Source: a virus
Lineage: Duplodnaviria; Caudoviricetes
Reading direction: 5' to 3' (one strand)
Length of the DNA: 64,000 nt
IMG/VR virus record: IMGVR_UViG_3300031998_000024
Coordinates: 59,872 to 123,871 of that record
A program made the position numbers and the translations under genes. The notes beneath the pieces are model-generated. The model was not told where the DNA came from, did no database searches, and worked only from the letters and a program-made list of their open reading frames with translations. Positions 27,435 through 37,843 of this stretch are shown one piece after another (position 1 is the first letter of the stretch; every line of letters starts with the position of its first letter).

Positions 27435-27771
27435 AGAAGTTTCCGCAATGATGACGGAAATAGAGCAAAAAGAGCCGAATGTCGCACAAGCGATAGGAAT
27501 GGTTGTTAAACACATACACGGCACCTATTCAGACAAATACGCTAAGGGTCAGGATATGGGTGTTGATACGAAAAAGATGCTTTATCATCCTATTGGCGGT
27601 AAATTTATCAACGAATATCAGATTGCCAGATATTTACAGCGTTATGTAACTTCAGGAACAAAGAAAAGCGGTTTATTGATTGATTTGATGAAAATGATTC
27701 ATTATGCCGTATTTGAAATTGTTCGTAGAATAAACGCTAATCAACTTGAAATGAATGAACCAGCAAATTAA
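27415..27771 (+). CDS. DUF3310-like protein
   Basis: HIHGTYSDKY..IARYLQRY..KK..DLMKMIHY. Confidence 0.55.
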   Translation: MEKMTIEEVSAMMTEIEQKEPNVAQAIGMVVKHIHGTYSDKYAKGQDMGVDTKKMLYHPIGGKFINEYQIARYLQRYVTSGTKKSGLLIDLMKMIHYAVFEIVRRINANQLEMNEPAN

Positions 27772-27777
27772 ATCGTT

Positions 27778-28299
27778 ATGGACAAAAAAGTAATTAACAT
27801 CAACGGTAAGCAGTATGTATTAACAATTGGTGATTTCGATAAGGAATTAGATATTGAGGACATCTTGAAAATAGATTATTCTAATTTGATTGGTGAACTC
27901 GTTACATTTCCTATTATTGAAAATCGTATTGGTTTAATGCTTGCCGATGCTGAAAGTAAAGTTTCTGAGGTAAAGTTGAACAGAGACATTCTTGAAGCAA
28001 AACTCAAAGAAAAATATGCCTTACAATTAGCAGATGAAAACGGAGGTAAAAAGCCGACTGTCGATGCTATCAACGCTGCTGTTATGCAGGATAAGGGGTA
28101 TCAAGCCGTATGTCGTTCTAAGATTGCTGCGGAAAAAGCAAGAGATTATGCTAATTCTTTGCTTTGGTCTGCTAAATCTAAGTCAAGCAAACTTGAAAAG
28201 TTATCCTTAACAATACAAAATCAAGAAGTTCCTGATGAGTTGTTAGAAGGAAAAATCAACAACATAGTTATTAAGAAAACAAAGAGAGTTATTGATTAA
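27778..28299 (+). CDS. UvsY-like recombination mediator (putative)
   Basis: Helical protein, KPTVDAINAAV; upstream of SSB and RecA. Confidence 0.5.
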   Translation: MDKKVININGKQYVLTIGDFDKELDIEDILKIDYSNLIGELVTFPIIENRIGLMLADAESKVSEVKLNRDILEAKLKEKYALQLADENGGKKPTVDAINAAVMQDKGYQAVCRSKIAAEKARDYANSLLWSAKSKSSKLEKLSLTIQNQEVPDELLEGKINNIVIKKTKRVID

Positions 28300-28316
28300 C
28301 AAATACCGATTAAATC

Positions 28317-29591
28317 ATGAGTAAAAATTCACTGAGAGACCAATTCAAACCTACAAGCGTTAAGAGTTTGAAGAGAGTTGCTGAAGAGGATGAAAAGATG
28401 TTGGGTATTGGTTCCAACGAATACCTTCAGCTGGAAGACAAGAAAACAATCAAGATTCGTATTTTCCCTGCTCATCCTGGGGTTGAGTCGTTCTACATTC
28501 GTCGTAAGTGTTATTGGCTACCATTCCAGCGTAATGATGGTGAAATGGGTCGCACGAGCGTCAATGATTCCGTTATCCACGGTGGCACTAAGATGGATTT
28601 GATTGACGAATACATGAAGTTTGCCCGTAAGATTGTTGGCAACGATGCTGATAAGATTGACGCGCTTACTGGCCGTGATGGTCTTACACCTTCTTACAGT
28701 TGGATTTGTTATGCTGATAAGGTTCAGCCTGACACTGAATTGAAGGCTAAATTATGGGAGTTCCGTAAGGTTGTCCGTGATGCTTTGAATCGTTTGACCT
28801 TTACTGAAGACGATGATGAGGCTATTGAAACTGACCCGTTCACCGATATTGACGAGGGTTTGCCCGTCATGGTGAGTTACAATAAGACACCTAATCGTAA
28901 GAAGGGTGAGAATTATTACGATGTAGCATTTGCTAAGAAACCTGTTCCAAGACCTTTGAGCGATGCTGAACTTGAATATTTCAGCACTTTGACTCCTTTG
29001 AATGAAGTTCTTGGTAAGTATAGCATTAATGACTTTGAAAGAGCGTTGGCTGGTCTTCAGATTTTCGATGAGGAAAACGAGATTGGTTTGTTTGACAACG
29101 ATGATTGGCTTGAAAAGGTTGAAGAAATTCGTGCTCAGTATGATTCTGACGATAGCGATGAAGAGAAACCTAAGAAGAAGTCTGTGAAAAAGACTGTAAA
29201 GAATCAAGACGATGACGATGATGACGAGCCTGAAGAGAAGCCCGCAAAGAAGTCTAAGAAGCAGGTTGAAGACGATGACGATGAAGATGAAAAGCCGTCA
29301 AAGGATTCAGAAGAGGATGAAGAGGATGAAGACGAAGATGAAAACAACGGTGGTGATTCCGATGATGACGATGAATTTGCAGATATGGACAGAAGCGAGT
29401 TGAAGAAGTACATCAAGGAAAAAGGCTTAGATGTTTCTGTCAAGAAGTCTATGAGCGATGACGATTTGCGTGAAGCCGTTAGAGCCGCAATGAAGGAAAA
29501 TTCTGACGATGATGAAGACGATTCAGAAGATGATGAGCCGAAGTCAAAAGTGTCGTTGGCTGATATTCGTAAAAAATTAGCAAGAAAGTAA
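28317..29591 (+). CDS. gp32-like single-stranded DNA-binding protein with long acidic tail
   Basis: KIRIFPAHP, DPFTDIDEG..YYDV, acidic tail; position before recA. Confidence 0.7.
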   Translation: MSKNSLRDQFKPTSVKSLKRVAEEDEKMLGIGSNEYLQLEDKKTIKIRIFPAHPGVESFYIRRKCYWLPFQRNDGEMGRTSVNDSVIHGGTKMDLIDEYMKFARKIVGNDADKIDALTGRDGLTPSYSWICYADKVQPDTELKAKLWEFRKVVRDALNRLTFTEDDDEAIETDPFTDIDEGLPVMVSYNKTPNRKKGENYYDVAFAKKPVPRPLSDAELEYFSTLTPLNEVLGKYSINDFERALAGLQIFDEENEIGLFDNDDWLEKVEEIRAQYDSDDSDEEKPKKKSVKKTVKNQDDDDDDEPEEKPAKKSKKQVEDDDDEDEKPSKDSEEDEEDEDEDENNGGDSDDDDEFADMDRSELKKYIKEKGLDVSVKKSMSDDDLREAVRAAMKENSDDDEDDSEDDEPKSKVSLADIRKKLARK

Positions 29592-29625
29592 TTTTAGTTG
29601 AACATTGAATTTGTTAATTACTTGT

Positions 29626-29659
29626 ATGGGGCTGGATTTCGGTTCAGCCCATCGTTTTT
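29626..29659 (+). terminator. intrinsic terminator
   Basis: GGGCTGGA-TTTCGG-TTCAGCCC stem-loop + T run. Confidence 0.75.
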
Positions 29660-29686
29660 ATATAAAAGTATAAATTTCATTATGTT

Positions 29687-30814
29687 ATGGCAAATATTAT
29701 AGACAAATTAGTGAAAAAATTTGATAGTGATAAAATTATCAAATTTTCAGAAAAAGATTCTTTTTCATCAATGCAATCTTGGGCTCATACTGGTTCACCG
29801 AGTTTAGATTTCAACCTTTCAACATTCGGATTGCCTACTGGCATTGTTGAGATTTCTGGTAATAGTCGTTCAGGTAAAACAACAATAGCATTACAATCAA
29901 TGGCTAATTTTCAAAAAGAGAATGGCGATGATGCTGTATGTGTTATACTATCCAGTGAGAATCGTGATAATAAGGATTACGCAAGGCGTATAGGAGTTAA
30001 TGTAGATAAGGTGTTAATTGTTAAAATAACCTTTGTAGAAGAAATGTTTATGCTTGTAAAACAAATTATTGACGAGGTTAATGATATATATGACGAGCAG
30101 GGTAATAAGGGCAAGCCTAAATTTTTCTTTATATGGGATTCTCTTGGTGCTACATTATCTTTGAATGAAAGAGATACTATGGAGGAAAATGTATCTATGC
30201 TGGAAAAGAAAATGCAGAAGGGAGAAACGCTTGATGAGTTAAAGCACGAGAAAATCGGAGTGTTTGCAAAAGAGGCTAAGAAATTTGCAAAATACATTTT
30301 GTCGTTAGCGTATAGCAATATCATACATTTTGTAATACTTAATCATGTTTATGATACTATTACTGGTATGGGTATTTCAACTAAGAAAAGCACTGGCGGT
30401 GAATGGGTTGCTTATATTCCAACGCTTAGAATTTTGATGCAGATTAAGGGTATGGAAAAAGTTGGTGAAGAGGAGGTTGCTCAAATTAGTAAGGTTAAGG
30501 TTGTTAAAAATGATTTTGGCAGCCGTAAAACAACCGAAATTCGTATATTGTTAGGAGAGGGTGTGATATTGTCTCAGGATGATATTGATTATGCTTTGGA
30601 ACATAAGATTCTTCAACTTGAAGGTAAAAAGAAGGTTACTTTCATGAATGGTAAATTATCATGGAGTTCGCCAAGGGAATTTTTCCAACTTTATTACGAT
30701 AGAAACAAGTTTTTGAAAGTCCTACATGCCAAGATTCGTAAATCAATGCAGTCTGATTTGCTTGCTTTGAAGGCTAAGTATAATGAAGAAAACGACATAG
30801 AAGATGAAGAGTAA
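29687..30814 (+). CDS. recA: RecA/UvsX recombinase
   Basis: TGSPSLD, GNSRSGKT, IWDSL, STGG, KVVKN. Confidence 0.9.
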   Translation: MANIIDKLVKKFDSDKIIKFSEKDSFSSMQSWAHTGSPSLDFNLSTFGLPTGIVEISGNSRSGKTTIALQSMANFQKENGDDAVCVILSSENRDNKDYARRIGVNVDKVLIVKITFVEEMFMLVKQIIDEVNDIYDEQGNKGKPKFFFIWDSLGATLSLNERDTMEENVSMLEKKMQKGETLDELKHEKIGVFAKEAKKFAKYILSLAYSNIIHFVILNHVYDTITGMGISTKKSTGGEWVAYIPTLRILMQIKGMEKVGEEEVAQISKVKVVKNDFGSRKTTEIRILLGEGVILSQDDIDYALEHKILQLEGKKKVTFMNGKLSWSSPREFFQLYYDRNKFLKVLHAKIRKSMQSDLLALKAKYNEENDIEDEE

Positions 30815-31886
30815 TGTATTAAAACCACATCCGTTATTTATCTTGTTGAATGATATTCATATAGATAAACAGAAGGGTGAATTAGTTAAAGATATTTTCA
30901 ACCAAGTTATAAAGATAGCACATGAATATGATGTGAATTATCTAATGCTTGGCGGGGATGTTTTTACTAATCGCAGTGGACAGCCGCTTGATTGTTTATC
31001 CACATTTCAGGATATTCTTGATACATTATCGGATAATAATATATTTACTCATGTAATTCCAGGAAATCATGATAAAACTGACCCTGATGATTATAGGAGT
31101 TATGTTGATATTTATCGCGGTAATAAGAATTTGAGAATACATCGTGAAGGTGTTAGTATGGTTTTAGGAGGTTGTTGTGTTGCTATGATTCCTTATTTTA
31201 GCGAAGAAAAATGGTTGGATGAATTTAATAGGGTTCAAGGAATTTCTGAAGCGCAATACATAGATGGTGATTTGAGTAAGGATGCTTTTAGTGTTTTGAT
31301 TACTCATATGGGGTTTGACGGAGTTCGTAATAATGATGGAAGTGAAGTTGTTTCTGATTTGAAACCTTCTTTGTTAGATTTTTATGATAAAGTTTTGGTT
31401 GGTCATTATCACAACGCTTCTAAGGTAGGTAAGAATGTTTATTACACAGGAGCCGCTTATCAGAATGATTTTGGAGAAAATGTTGTTGATAAAGGTTGTA
31501 CTATTGTATATACAGATGGTACTTTGAAATTTATTCCTTTGAAATTTCCAAAACACATTAAACATGTAATAGATGTGAATGATTCAGAGACGCTGAGGAA
31601 TTTACTTGAGAAATATGAGGGTGAAAAGTATGATAAAATAAGGTTTATTTTTCAAGGTAAAAAAGTTGATGCGTCGAAAGTGGATTTATCAGCCATTTCA
31701 GCGTTAGGGATTCAATGTAGATTTGAAAGTATTGAAGAAAAAGAGGCGGTTGATAATTCTGTTGATGAAAACGCTTTGAATTATAATAAGCAAAGTATTA
31801 CAAAGGACTTTTTGAAGTTCTGTTCTGAGAATCAAATTAAGGGTGCGTTTATGAAATATGGTTTGAATTTAATAAAGAGTATTTAA
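30804..31886 (+). CDS. sbcD: SbcD/Mre11 nuclease
   Basis: NDIH, GGDVF, PGNHD, VGHYH. Confidence 0.9.
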   Translation: MKSNVLKPHPLFILLNDIHIDKQKGELVKDIFNQVIKIAHEYDVNYLMLGGDVFTNRSGQPLDCLSTFQDILDTLSDNNIFTHVIPGNHDKTDPDDYRSYVDIYRGNKNLRIHREGVSMVLGGCCVAMIPYFSEEKWLDEFNRVQGISEAQYIDGDLSKDAFSVLITHMGFDGVRNNDGSEVVSDLKPSLLDFYDKVLVGHYHNASKVGKNVYYTGAAYQNDFGENVVDKGCTIVYTDGTLKFIPLKFPKHIKHVIDVNDSETLRNLLEKYEGEKYDKIRFIFQGKKVDASKVDLSAISALGIQCRFESIEEKEAVDNSVDENALNYNKQSITKDFLKFCSENQIKGAFMKYGLNLIKSI

Positions 31887-31887
31887 T

Positions 31888-33753
31888 ATGTGGCAACCGA
31901 AATATATACAAATGAGAAACCTATTTGCTCATGTTGATACAAAATACGAATTTAATCAAAATGTGTGTACTGTTATCTTTGGAGAAAATAGGGATGATGA
32001 CGATTCAGATAATAATGGCGCTGGTAAGAGTACCATATTTGAAGCAATAGCAATAGCGTTGACTGGTAAATCTTTGCGTGATATTGATAAGGAGGTTTTT
32101 ATAAATCGTCATAGCGAAAGTTGTGAGGTTGAAATGTATCTTGAAAATACTGTTTTGAACAGTACGCTTGGGATAGTTAGAAAATTTTATAGGGGTGGAA
32201 AATCCGCTAAGGTAGAAGTGTATGAAGATGGTGAACAGAATAAACAACTTGTTAGTGTTAATGACGCTAATGCGAGAATCATTGATTTAATAGGGATAAC
32301 AAGGGATGATTTACTTAGATACTTTATAATAAGCCAAGATAATCGTTATCAATTTTTCACAGCTGGCGATGCTGAAAAAAAGGAGGTTTTGAATCGTATT
32401 ACTAATGCTGATATGATTAAGTCGATTTTAGATAAATTGAGTAGCGACAAAAAGCGTTTATCTGCTGATGCAAGCGGTTTTCAAACCGATATTGATAAGT
32501 ACGAAAGTAAGTTGGAGATTTACCAGGAGCAAAGAAAAGAAGTGTTTGCAAAAGACAATTCCGATGAAATTAGTAAGAAGCAGAAGCGTATAAAAGAATT
32601 GAATGATAAGATTAAGGAAAGTGAAAATAGTATTACCGATGCTGAAAAGAGGTTGGTGAAATTGCGTAGTTCAGATGATTATAAGTTGATTAGTAATGTT
32701 AGCGATGTTTCTGAATTAGAGAATAGGCGCAAAAATATACGCAATAAAATTAAACAATTGGAAAGCGATGAGAGGGAGGCTGAACAAATAATTGCTAATT
32801 TGAAACGAGATTTATCAGGTTCAGTAGAATGTCCTGAATGCGGTCATGAATTTATTCCTAAGTCGAATTATGATATGTCGATTGATTCGATGAAGGAAAC
32901 AATCAAAGAAACTGAATTGAGTTTATCTGATATAAAATCTCAAATTTCTGTTCAAAATGATAAGTTGAAGAAGGTGAACGAAAAGATTTCAAAATCAGAA
33001 AAAGATAGTGAAACAGCAAGTCGTGCTAAATCAAAAGAGCGTTCAATTCAAAGAGAGATTGAAGATTATAGAGGCGAAATAAAGAGTTATCAAGGTAGAA
33101 TCAAAACGCTTCAATCAGAGATTAAGGATTTGAAAGAAAACACTGATTCTGCTAAATTGATAAAAGATTACGATGATAAGATTTCCGCTATTGAAAAAGA
33201 GATTGCAGAAAAAAGAGAACAAATGACCGCTGTATCCAATGAATTAGCAATGGTTGATTATTGGATATATTATATGGGAAGAGCAGGATTTCAAACATAT
33301 TTAGCAAACAGGGCTGTAAAAATAATTGAAGGAATAACTAATTCATTTTTGAATCGTTTCCATTCCAGTATGACTGTTGAAGTAAATGGTTTTCGTGTGA
33401 ATAAGGATGGTACAGTTAGGGATAAAATTGATGTGATGGCTGTATATAAGGGGATGTATGCTCAAAACTTTATGGGGTATTCTGGCGGTGAAAGAAGTCG
33501 TATTTATCTTGCGTCAATATTAGGTATTCAGCATTTAATCAATCTATCTACAAATGGTAAGGGTTTATCATTATTGCTTCTTGATGAATGTCTGAATAAT
33601 GTAGATTCAAGAGGGGTTGTTAATATATGTAATATTCTTAACAATTTAGGTGTTACTATATTGATGATTACTCAGAATATTTCCAACGATGTAAATATCA
33701 ACAATAAGATATTAGTAGTGCGTGAAGATGAGGTTGCGAGGATTGAAAATTAA
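31888..33753 (+). CDS. sbcC: SbcC/Rad50 ATPase
   Basis: NGAGKS, coiled coil with CPECG hook, YSGGE, LLLDE. Confidence 0.92.
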   Translation: MWQPKYIQMRNLFAHVDTKYEFNQNVCTVIFGENRDDDDSDNNGAGKSTIFEAIAIALTGKSLRDIDKEVFINRHSESCEVEMYLENTVLNSTLGIVRKFYRGGKSAKVEVYEDGEQNKQLVSVNDANARIIDLIGITRDDLLRYFIISQDNRYQFFTAGDAEKKEVLNRITNADMIKSILDKLSSDKKRLSADASGFQTDIDKYESKLEIYQEQRKEVFAKDNSDEISKKQKRIKELNDKIKESENSITDAEKRLVKLRSSDDYKLISNVSDVSELENRRKNIRNKIKQLESDEREAEQIIANLKRDLSGSVECPECGHEFIPKSNYDMSIDSMKETIKETELSLSDIKSQISVQNDKLKKVNEKISKSEKDSETASRAKSKERSIQREIEDYRGEIKSYQGRIKTLQSEIKDLKENTDSAKLIKDYDDKISAIEKEIAEKREQMTAVSNELAMVDYWIYYMGRAGFQTYLANRAVKIIEGITNSFLNRFHSSMTVEVNGFRVNKDGTVRDKIDVMAVYKGMYAQNFMGYSGGERSRIYLASILGIQHLINLSTNGKGLSLLLLDECLNNVDSRGVVNICNILNNLGVTILMITQNISNDVNINNKILVVREDEVARIEN

Positions 33754-33801
33754 ACAACGCAAGGTTTTATATAAGCAACGAATTTTGTAAACTATATAAA
33801 A

Positions 33802-34299
33802 ATGGAACAGAAAGACAGAGCAAAGTATTTTAAGCATCATAAGATTATTGGGATTGACCCTGGTGCTACTGGCGGGATTTCGGTTTATTCTTGCGATTTG
33901 AAAAGAATAATTGAAGTCACTAAAATGCCGTCCACTCCGCAAGAGTTATTATCATTTTTGCGGATTTACAAATTTAATTCTGTGTGTTATTTGGAAAAGG
34001 TTCAAGGCATACCTGGCGCTGGTGGAGCAAGTCAAATGTTTAATTTCGGTAGGGGGTTTGGTCAAATTGAAATGGCTTTGATAGCCAATCAAATTCCGTT
34101 TACCGAAGTTATGCCTCAGAAATGGCAAAAAGAATTGCAACTTGGTCATAAGGGTACAAAGACAAAGAGTCAGTGGAAGAACAAATTAAAAGAAAAGGCT
34201 CAACAATGTTATCCGTATCTCAAAAAGATTACGCTTGATGTTTCTGACAGTTTGCTTATTGTCGAGTACGGCAGACTAATAGAAAGCAATAAGTTATGA
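33802..34299 (+). CDS. ruvC: RuvC-like Holliday junction resolvase
   Basis: IIGIDPG, YLEKV, FNFG, PQKWQK, DSLLI. Confidence 0.85.
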   Translation: MEQKDRAKYFKHHKIIGIDPGATGGISVYSCDLKRIIEVTKMPSTPQELLSFLRIYKFNSVCYLEKVQGIPGAGGASQMFNFGRGFGQIEMALIANQIPFTEVMPQKWQKELQLGHKGTKTKSQWKNKLKEKAQQCYPYLKKITLDVSDSLLIVEYGRLIESNKL

Positions 34300-34643
34300 A
34301 CAGTTATTACATTTGCAAGAATAAGGATTGTAAAAATTTCAACGAAAAAGATTATATAACTCATGAGATATTTGTTTATGATGTTGTAGAAGGCAGATTG
34401 GTTGGTTTGCATCGTAATTGCGAATGTTGCGGTGAGGTTAGAGAGTATGTAAATCCTGATGCTGATATACCGCTGTCCGAAAAGAATATAACACTTGGTA
34501 AATTTTCTTCAGCATCAAAGGAACAAAAAGCAGCAATGTTGAAAAAGCGTTCTCATGAACATTTTGAAAAACATGTAAAAGAGCGAAAAGATTATTTGAT
34601 GAACAAGGTTATTGGCGAAATGAAAGATTTGGGGAAAAAATGA
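34296..34643 (+). CDS. zinc-ribbon protein
   Basis: CKNKDC...CECCG. Confidence 0.65.
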   Translation: MNSYYICKNKDCKNFNEKDYITHEIFVYDVVEGRLVGLHRNCECCGEVREYVNPDADIPLSEKNITLGKFSSASKEQKAAMLKKRSHEHFEKHVKERKDYLMNKVIGEMKDLGKK

Positions 34644-34661
34644 CATAAAGCATGCTTACAT

Positions 34662-35294
34662 ATGGTTAGTTTAGAAAGCCACATCTTTAAGAGGGATTTC
34701 AAATACAGACAAAAATTCATCAATGTGTGCATATTGCGGATAAAATTCGGACACCGCAGCATGCGCACAATTCGAGGTTATAAGATGTACATATTTAAGA
34801 TGATGCACGATATAGTTAAGAAAAATATCAATAACTATATCAATTTGCTTACTAATGGAACATCTTGTCGTGAAATTCCTACTCATGATGAAATTTTAGC
34901 CGATATTTATGTCATGTTTGACCGTTGCATTGATAAATTCAATGTGAAGAAGGGTGCTAAATTTTATTATTATTTCAACAAGTCTATTAGCAGAAACCTT
35001 TACAGAGAATATCAAAAGATACAAAAGCGAACAGCAGCGGATATGGATGAGGATGCTTCTCAAATAAATCATGTGAAGTTACAATACCATTCCCATAATT
35101 ACGATACTGGTTTGTTGATAGATAGACTTCATTTCAACGACTTGGAAAGAAGGATATTGGAAAGTAGGTTAAGAGGTCAGCGCATCTCAGAGTTTCTAAA
35201 AGAGAATCCCGATGTTAATAATATGCAATATACTTTATCAATGAGGCATATTAAGTCGGTGGTTAATGAAGCAAGGGAAAATGGTACTTGGTAA
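34662..35294 (+). CDS. sigma-70-like factor (phage sigma 2)
   Basis: CIDKFNVKKGAKFYYYF (region 2.3-like); FNDLERRILESRLRG (region 4-like). Confidence 0.65.
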   Translation: MVSLESHIFKRDFKYRQKFINVCILRIKFGHRSMRTIRGYKMYIFKMMHDIVKKNINNYINLLTNGTSCREIPTHDEILADIYVMFDRCIDKFNVKKGAKFYYYFNKSISRNLYREYQKIQKRTAADMDEDASQINHVKLQYHSHNYDTGLLIDRLHFNDLERRILESRLRGQRISEFLKENPDVNNMQYTLSMRHIKSVVNEARENGTW

Positions 35295-35309
35295 TTAAAT
35301 TAAATAGAT

Positions 35310-35642
35310 ATGGTTGAAAATCTTTATAATCAGCATCAAAAGACTATTGAATCATTAGTCAACGAAGGCTATGTTATTTTGCAAGTCTTCAGTAGAGATA
35401 ATACATGTTTTTATTTTGCTGTTTTTGATTTCAAAGAGAGTTTTTCCAATCCTACTGCTGGCGTTGAATTTAATGCTGTGAGAGGTGTGAATATTACCGA
35501 CTTTTTGAAAAATCAAAGCGGAAATCCAAATGCAATTCAACTTATTTCAAAATTCCAACAATTTATGGAAACCGCTAATGTAGTTCGTTGCGAGTTTTCA
35601 AATAAGATGGATTGGTTGAAATGGGGAAGTGCTGCACGATGA
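35310..35642 (+). CDS. hypothetical protein
   Basis: ORF. Confidence 0.65.
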   Translation: MVENLYNQHQKTIESLVNEGYVILQVFSRDNTCFYFAVFDFKESFSNPTAGVEFNAVRGVNITDFLKNQSGNPNAIQLISKFQQFMETANVVRCEFSNKMDWLKWGSAAR

Positions 35643-37129
35643 CACCGTCACCATATCAATTAGCAATTTACAACGAGTTTAGTAATACTAACAATAACAT
35701 AACAATATCGGCTGTTGCTGGTAGTGGTAAAACGACAGTTTTGCTTGAATTGCTTAAACTTGTTCCAAAAGGCAAAACCGCTTTGTTTCTTGCCTTTAAT
35801 AATTCCATTGTGGATGAATTGAGGGATAGGATTAAATTGCGGGATGGCGTTGAGGTTATGACTATACATAGTTATGGATGGCGTTCAATTATGTGTCGCT
35901 ATGGTAGTCGGGTGAAAATGAATCCTAATAAGTCGTTAGGTAAGATTGAGCGTGTTTTGAAGAAATACGAAATCAATCAAAAGAAAAAGGGATGGTTTTT
36001 CTACATTATACCAAGGATAATTGATTTGTTGCGTTGTAATCTACTTGATGCTACAGAAGATAACATTAAGAGCGTTGCTGAATATCATGACCTTCTTGTT
36101 GGTGAAATTGAAATAAAGGTTGCTATTGATGTTTTCCGTTTAATGAATAGGGATAAAACGCAATTTGATTTCATGGATATGATATACCAGCCTTATGCCG
36201 ATATAACAATTAAGCGTAGGTGTTATGATTATGTATTTTGCGATGAGAGTCAAGATTTTTCGCTTGCTCAGCAAGACATAATTCGTGGTGCTATAAATAG
36301 ACGCGGCAGATTGATTTGCGTAGGCGATGAAAACCAGGCTATTTACGGATTTAGTGGAGCAGACACAGATAGTTATCATAAGTTATCGGAATTAAACGGC
36401 AAAAGCGTTTCTATGCCCCTATCTGTTTGTTATCGTTGTGCTAAGAATATTGTTTTAGAAGCGCAGCAGATAGTTCCGCAGATTGAATATTGTGATACTG
36501 CTATTGACGGAGTTGTTACATATGGTAGCCTTACTGAATTAGATAGAGGTGATTGGATATTGTGTAGGAATTTGAAGCCGCTTGTTGTTGCGTATCTTTG
36601 GTTGATGAAAAATAAAGTTAAGGCTAAAATAAGGGGTAAGGATATAGGTGAGGGAATCATTGCGTTGATAAATAAGACTGGTGCGAAAACATTGAGGGGA
36701 TTAGATAAATTGCTTGATGTTGAAAAAATAAAGATATTCAAACAATTAAAGCAAAGAGGGGTAAAGAAACCGCTGGTACATCCTAAGATGGAAATTTTTG
36801 AGCAAAGGCGCGATGTTATAACTTGCTTATCAGCAGAGGTGGATACAGTTAAGGAATTGGTTCAGATGATTGAAAAAATTTTCTCTGATGATGTTAAAGG
36901 AATTATGTTATCAACTATACATAAAGCGAAGGGGTTGGAGAATGATAAGGTGTTTTTTCTTTGTCCTGAACTAATACCATCAAGATTCGCAACCCAACCA
37001 TGGCAATACGAGCAGGAGCGCAACCTTCTGTATGTAGGTATAACAAGAGCAAAAAAGGAATTGGTGTATGTAAGTGGTTCTGAGTTTATTCTTGACCTGG
37101 AGAGCATACTAAATATCAAAGTTAATTAA
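35639..37129 (+). CDS. UvrD/Rep SF1 helicase (intact paralog)
   Basis: AVAGSGKT, DESQD, QAIYGFSGA, STIHKAKGLE, YVGITRAK; ATGA overlap at 35639. Confidence 0.92.
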   Translation: MTPSPYQLAIYNEFSNTNNNITISAVAGSGKTTVLLELLKLVPKGKTALFLAFNNSIVDELRDRIKLRDGVEVMTIHSYGWRSIMCRYGSRVKMNPNKSLGKIERVLKKYEINQKKKGWFFYIIPRIIDLLRCNLLDATEDNIKSVAEYHDLLVGEIEIKVAIDVFRLMNRDKTQFDFMDMIYQPYADITIKRRCYDYVFCDESQDFSLAQQDIIRGAINRRGRLICVGDENQAIYGFSGADTDSYHKLSELNGKSVSMPLSVCYRCAKNIVLEAQQIVPQIEYCDTAIDGVVTYGSLTELDRGDWILCRNLKPLVVAYLWLMKNKVKAKIRGKDIGEGIIALINKTGAKTLRGLDKLLDVEKIKIFKQLKQRGVKKPLVHPKMEIFEQRRDVITCLSAEVDTVKELVQMIEKIFSDDVKGIMLSTIHKAKGLENDKVFFLCPELIPSRFATQPWQYEQERNLLYVGITRAKKELVYVSGSEFILDLESILNIKVN

Positions 37130-37149
37130 AGAGATAGGAGAAATGAATT

Positions 37150-37296
37150 ATGTTTGAAGAGATTAAAAATAAAGCGTTTGACGATGAGTTTAACAAGTCG
37201 CAGGATGACGCAGTGGAAGGTAGAAAAGTTGATAAAACACCATTACCGAAATCAATGAAAAAGACTGATAAAGAAAAAGAACAAAAAGATGAGTAG
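37150..37296 (+). CDS. small charged protein (48 aa)
   Basis: MFEEIKNKAFDDEFNKSQDD...KDE-TAG; below ORF-track cutoff. Confidence 0.55.
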   Translation: MFEEIKNKAFDDEFNKSQDDAVEGRKVDKTPLPKSMKKTDKEKEQKDE

Positions 37297-37843
37297 GATT
37301 AGAATAGGAAGGCATTTCAATTGCCGTGGAAACGAATATGTTATTGATGATTTTTGTAAGTTATCCGAGAATGGTCAGGAGAAACCTGGAGTTGCTTATC
37401 ATGGGGTAACAGAAGTCAATCCAACAAGGTTGTTTTTATCTATTGACGATTTTCTTGCTATTCATGTTCCGACTGAATTAGAAGTCGGTGATATGGTAAA
37501 AGAGGTGTCGATGGGTAAAGTGAAAAAAATCCTTGTTGTATCCGCTGTTGATGATAAGAAACCATATCCCGTTTCATTCGCAGGTTCAGACCGAGTAGCA
37601 AAAAAGGAAATTGATGCTGAAACTAAAAAAGTAGAGGTTAAGCACGATGAACAATCAACCGATTTCTTTGTTGTTTGCTATACGAATGATAAGCAGCAGT
37701 ATGTAAATAAGATTTGTAAGATTAGGGAATATTTGGATGGTTTTGAAAATACAATCGTCAATGAAGATTTCTTCAAGATGCTGCAAGACCAGATTAAGGT
37801 AAGACGCGTGATTGATGGATTCTATAAACTAATTGAGCAATGA
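37289..37843 (+). CDS. hypothetical protein
   Basis: ORF. Confidence 0.7.
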   Translation: MSRIRIGRHFNCRGNEYVIDDFCKLSENGQEKPGVAYHGVTEVNPTRLFLSIDDFLAIHVPTELEVGDMVKEVSMGKVKKILVVSAVDDKKPYPVSFAGSDRVAKKEIDAETKKVEVKHDEQSTDFFVVCYTNDKQQYVNKICKIREYLDGFENTIVNEDFFKMLQDQIKVRRVIDGFYKLIEQ

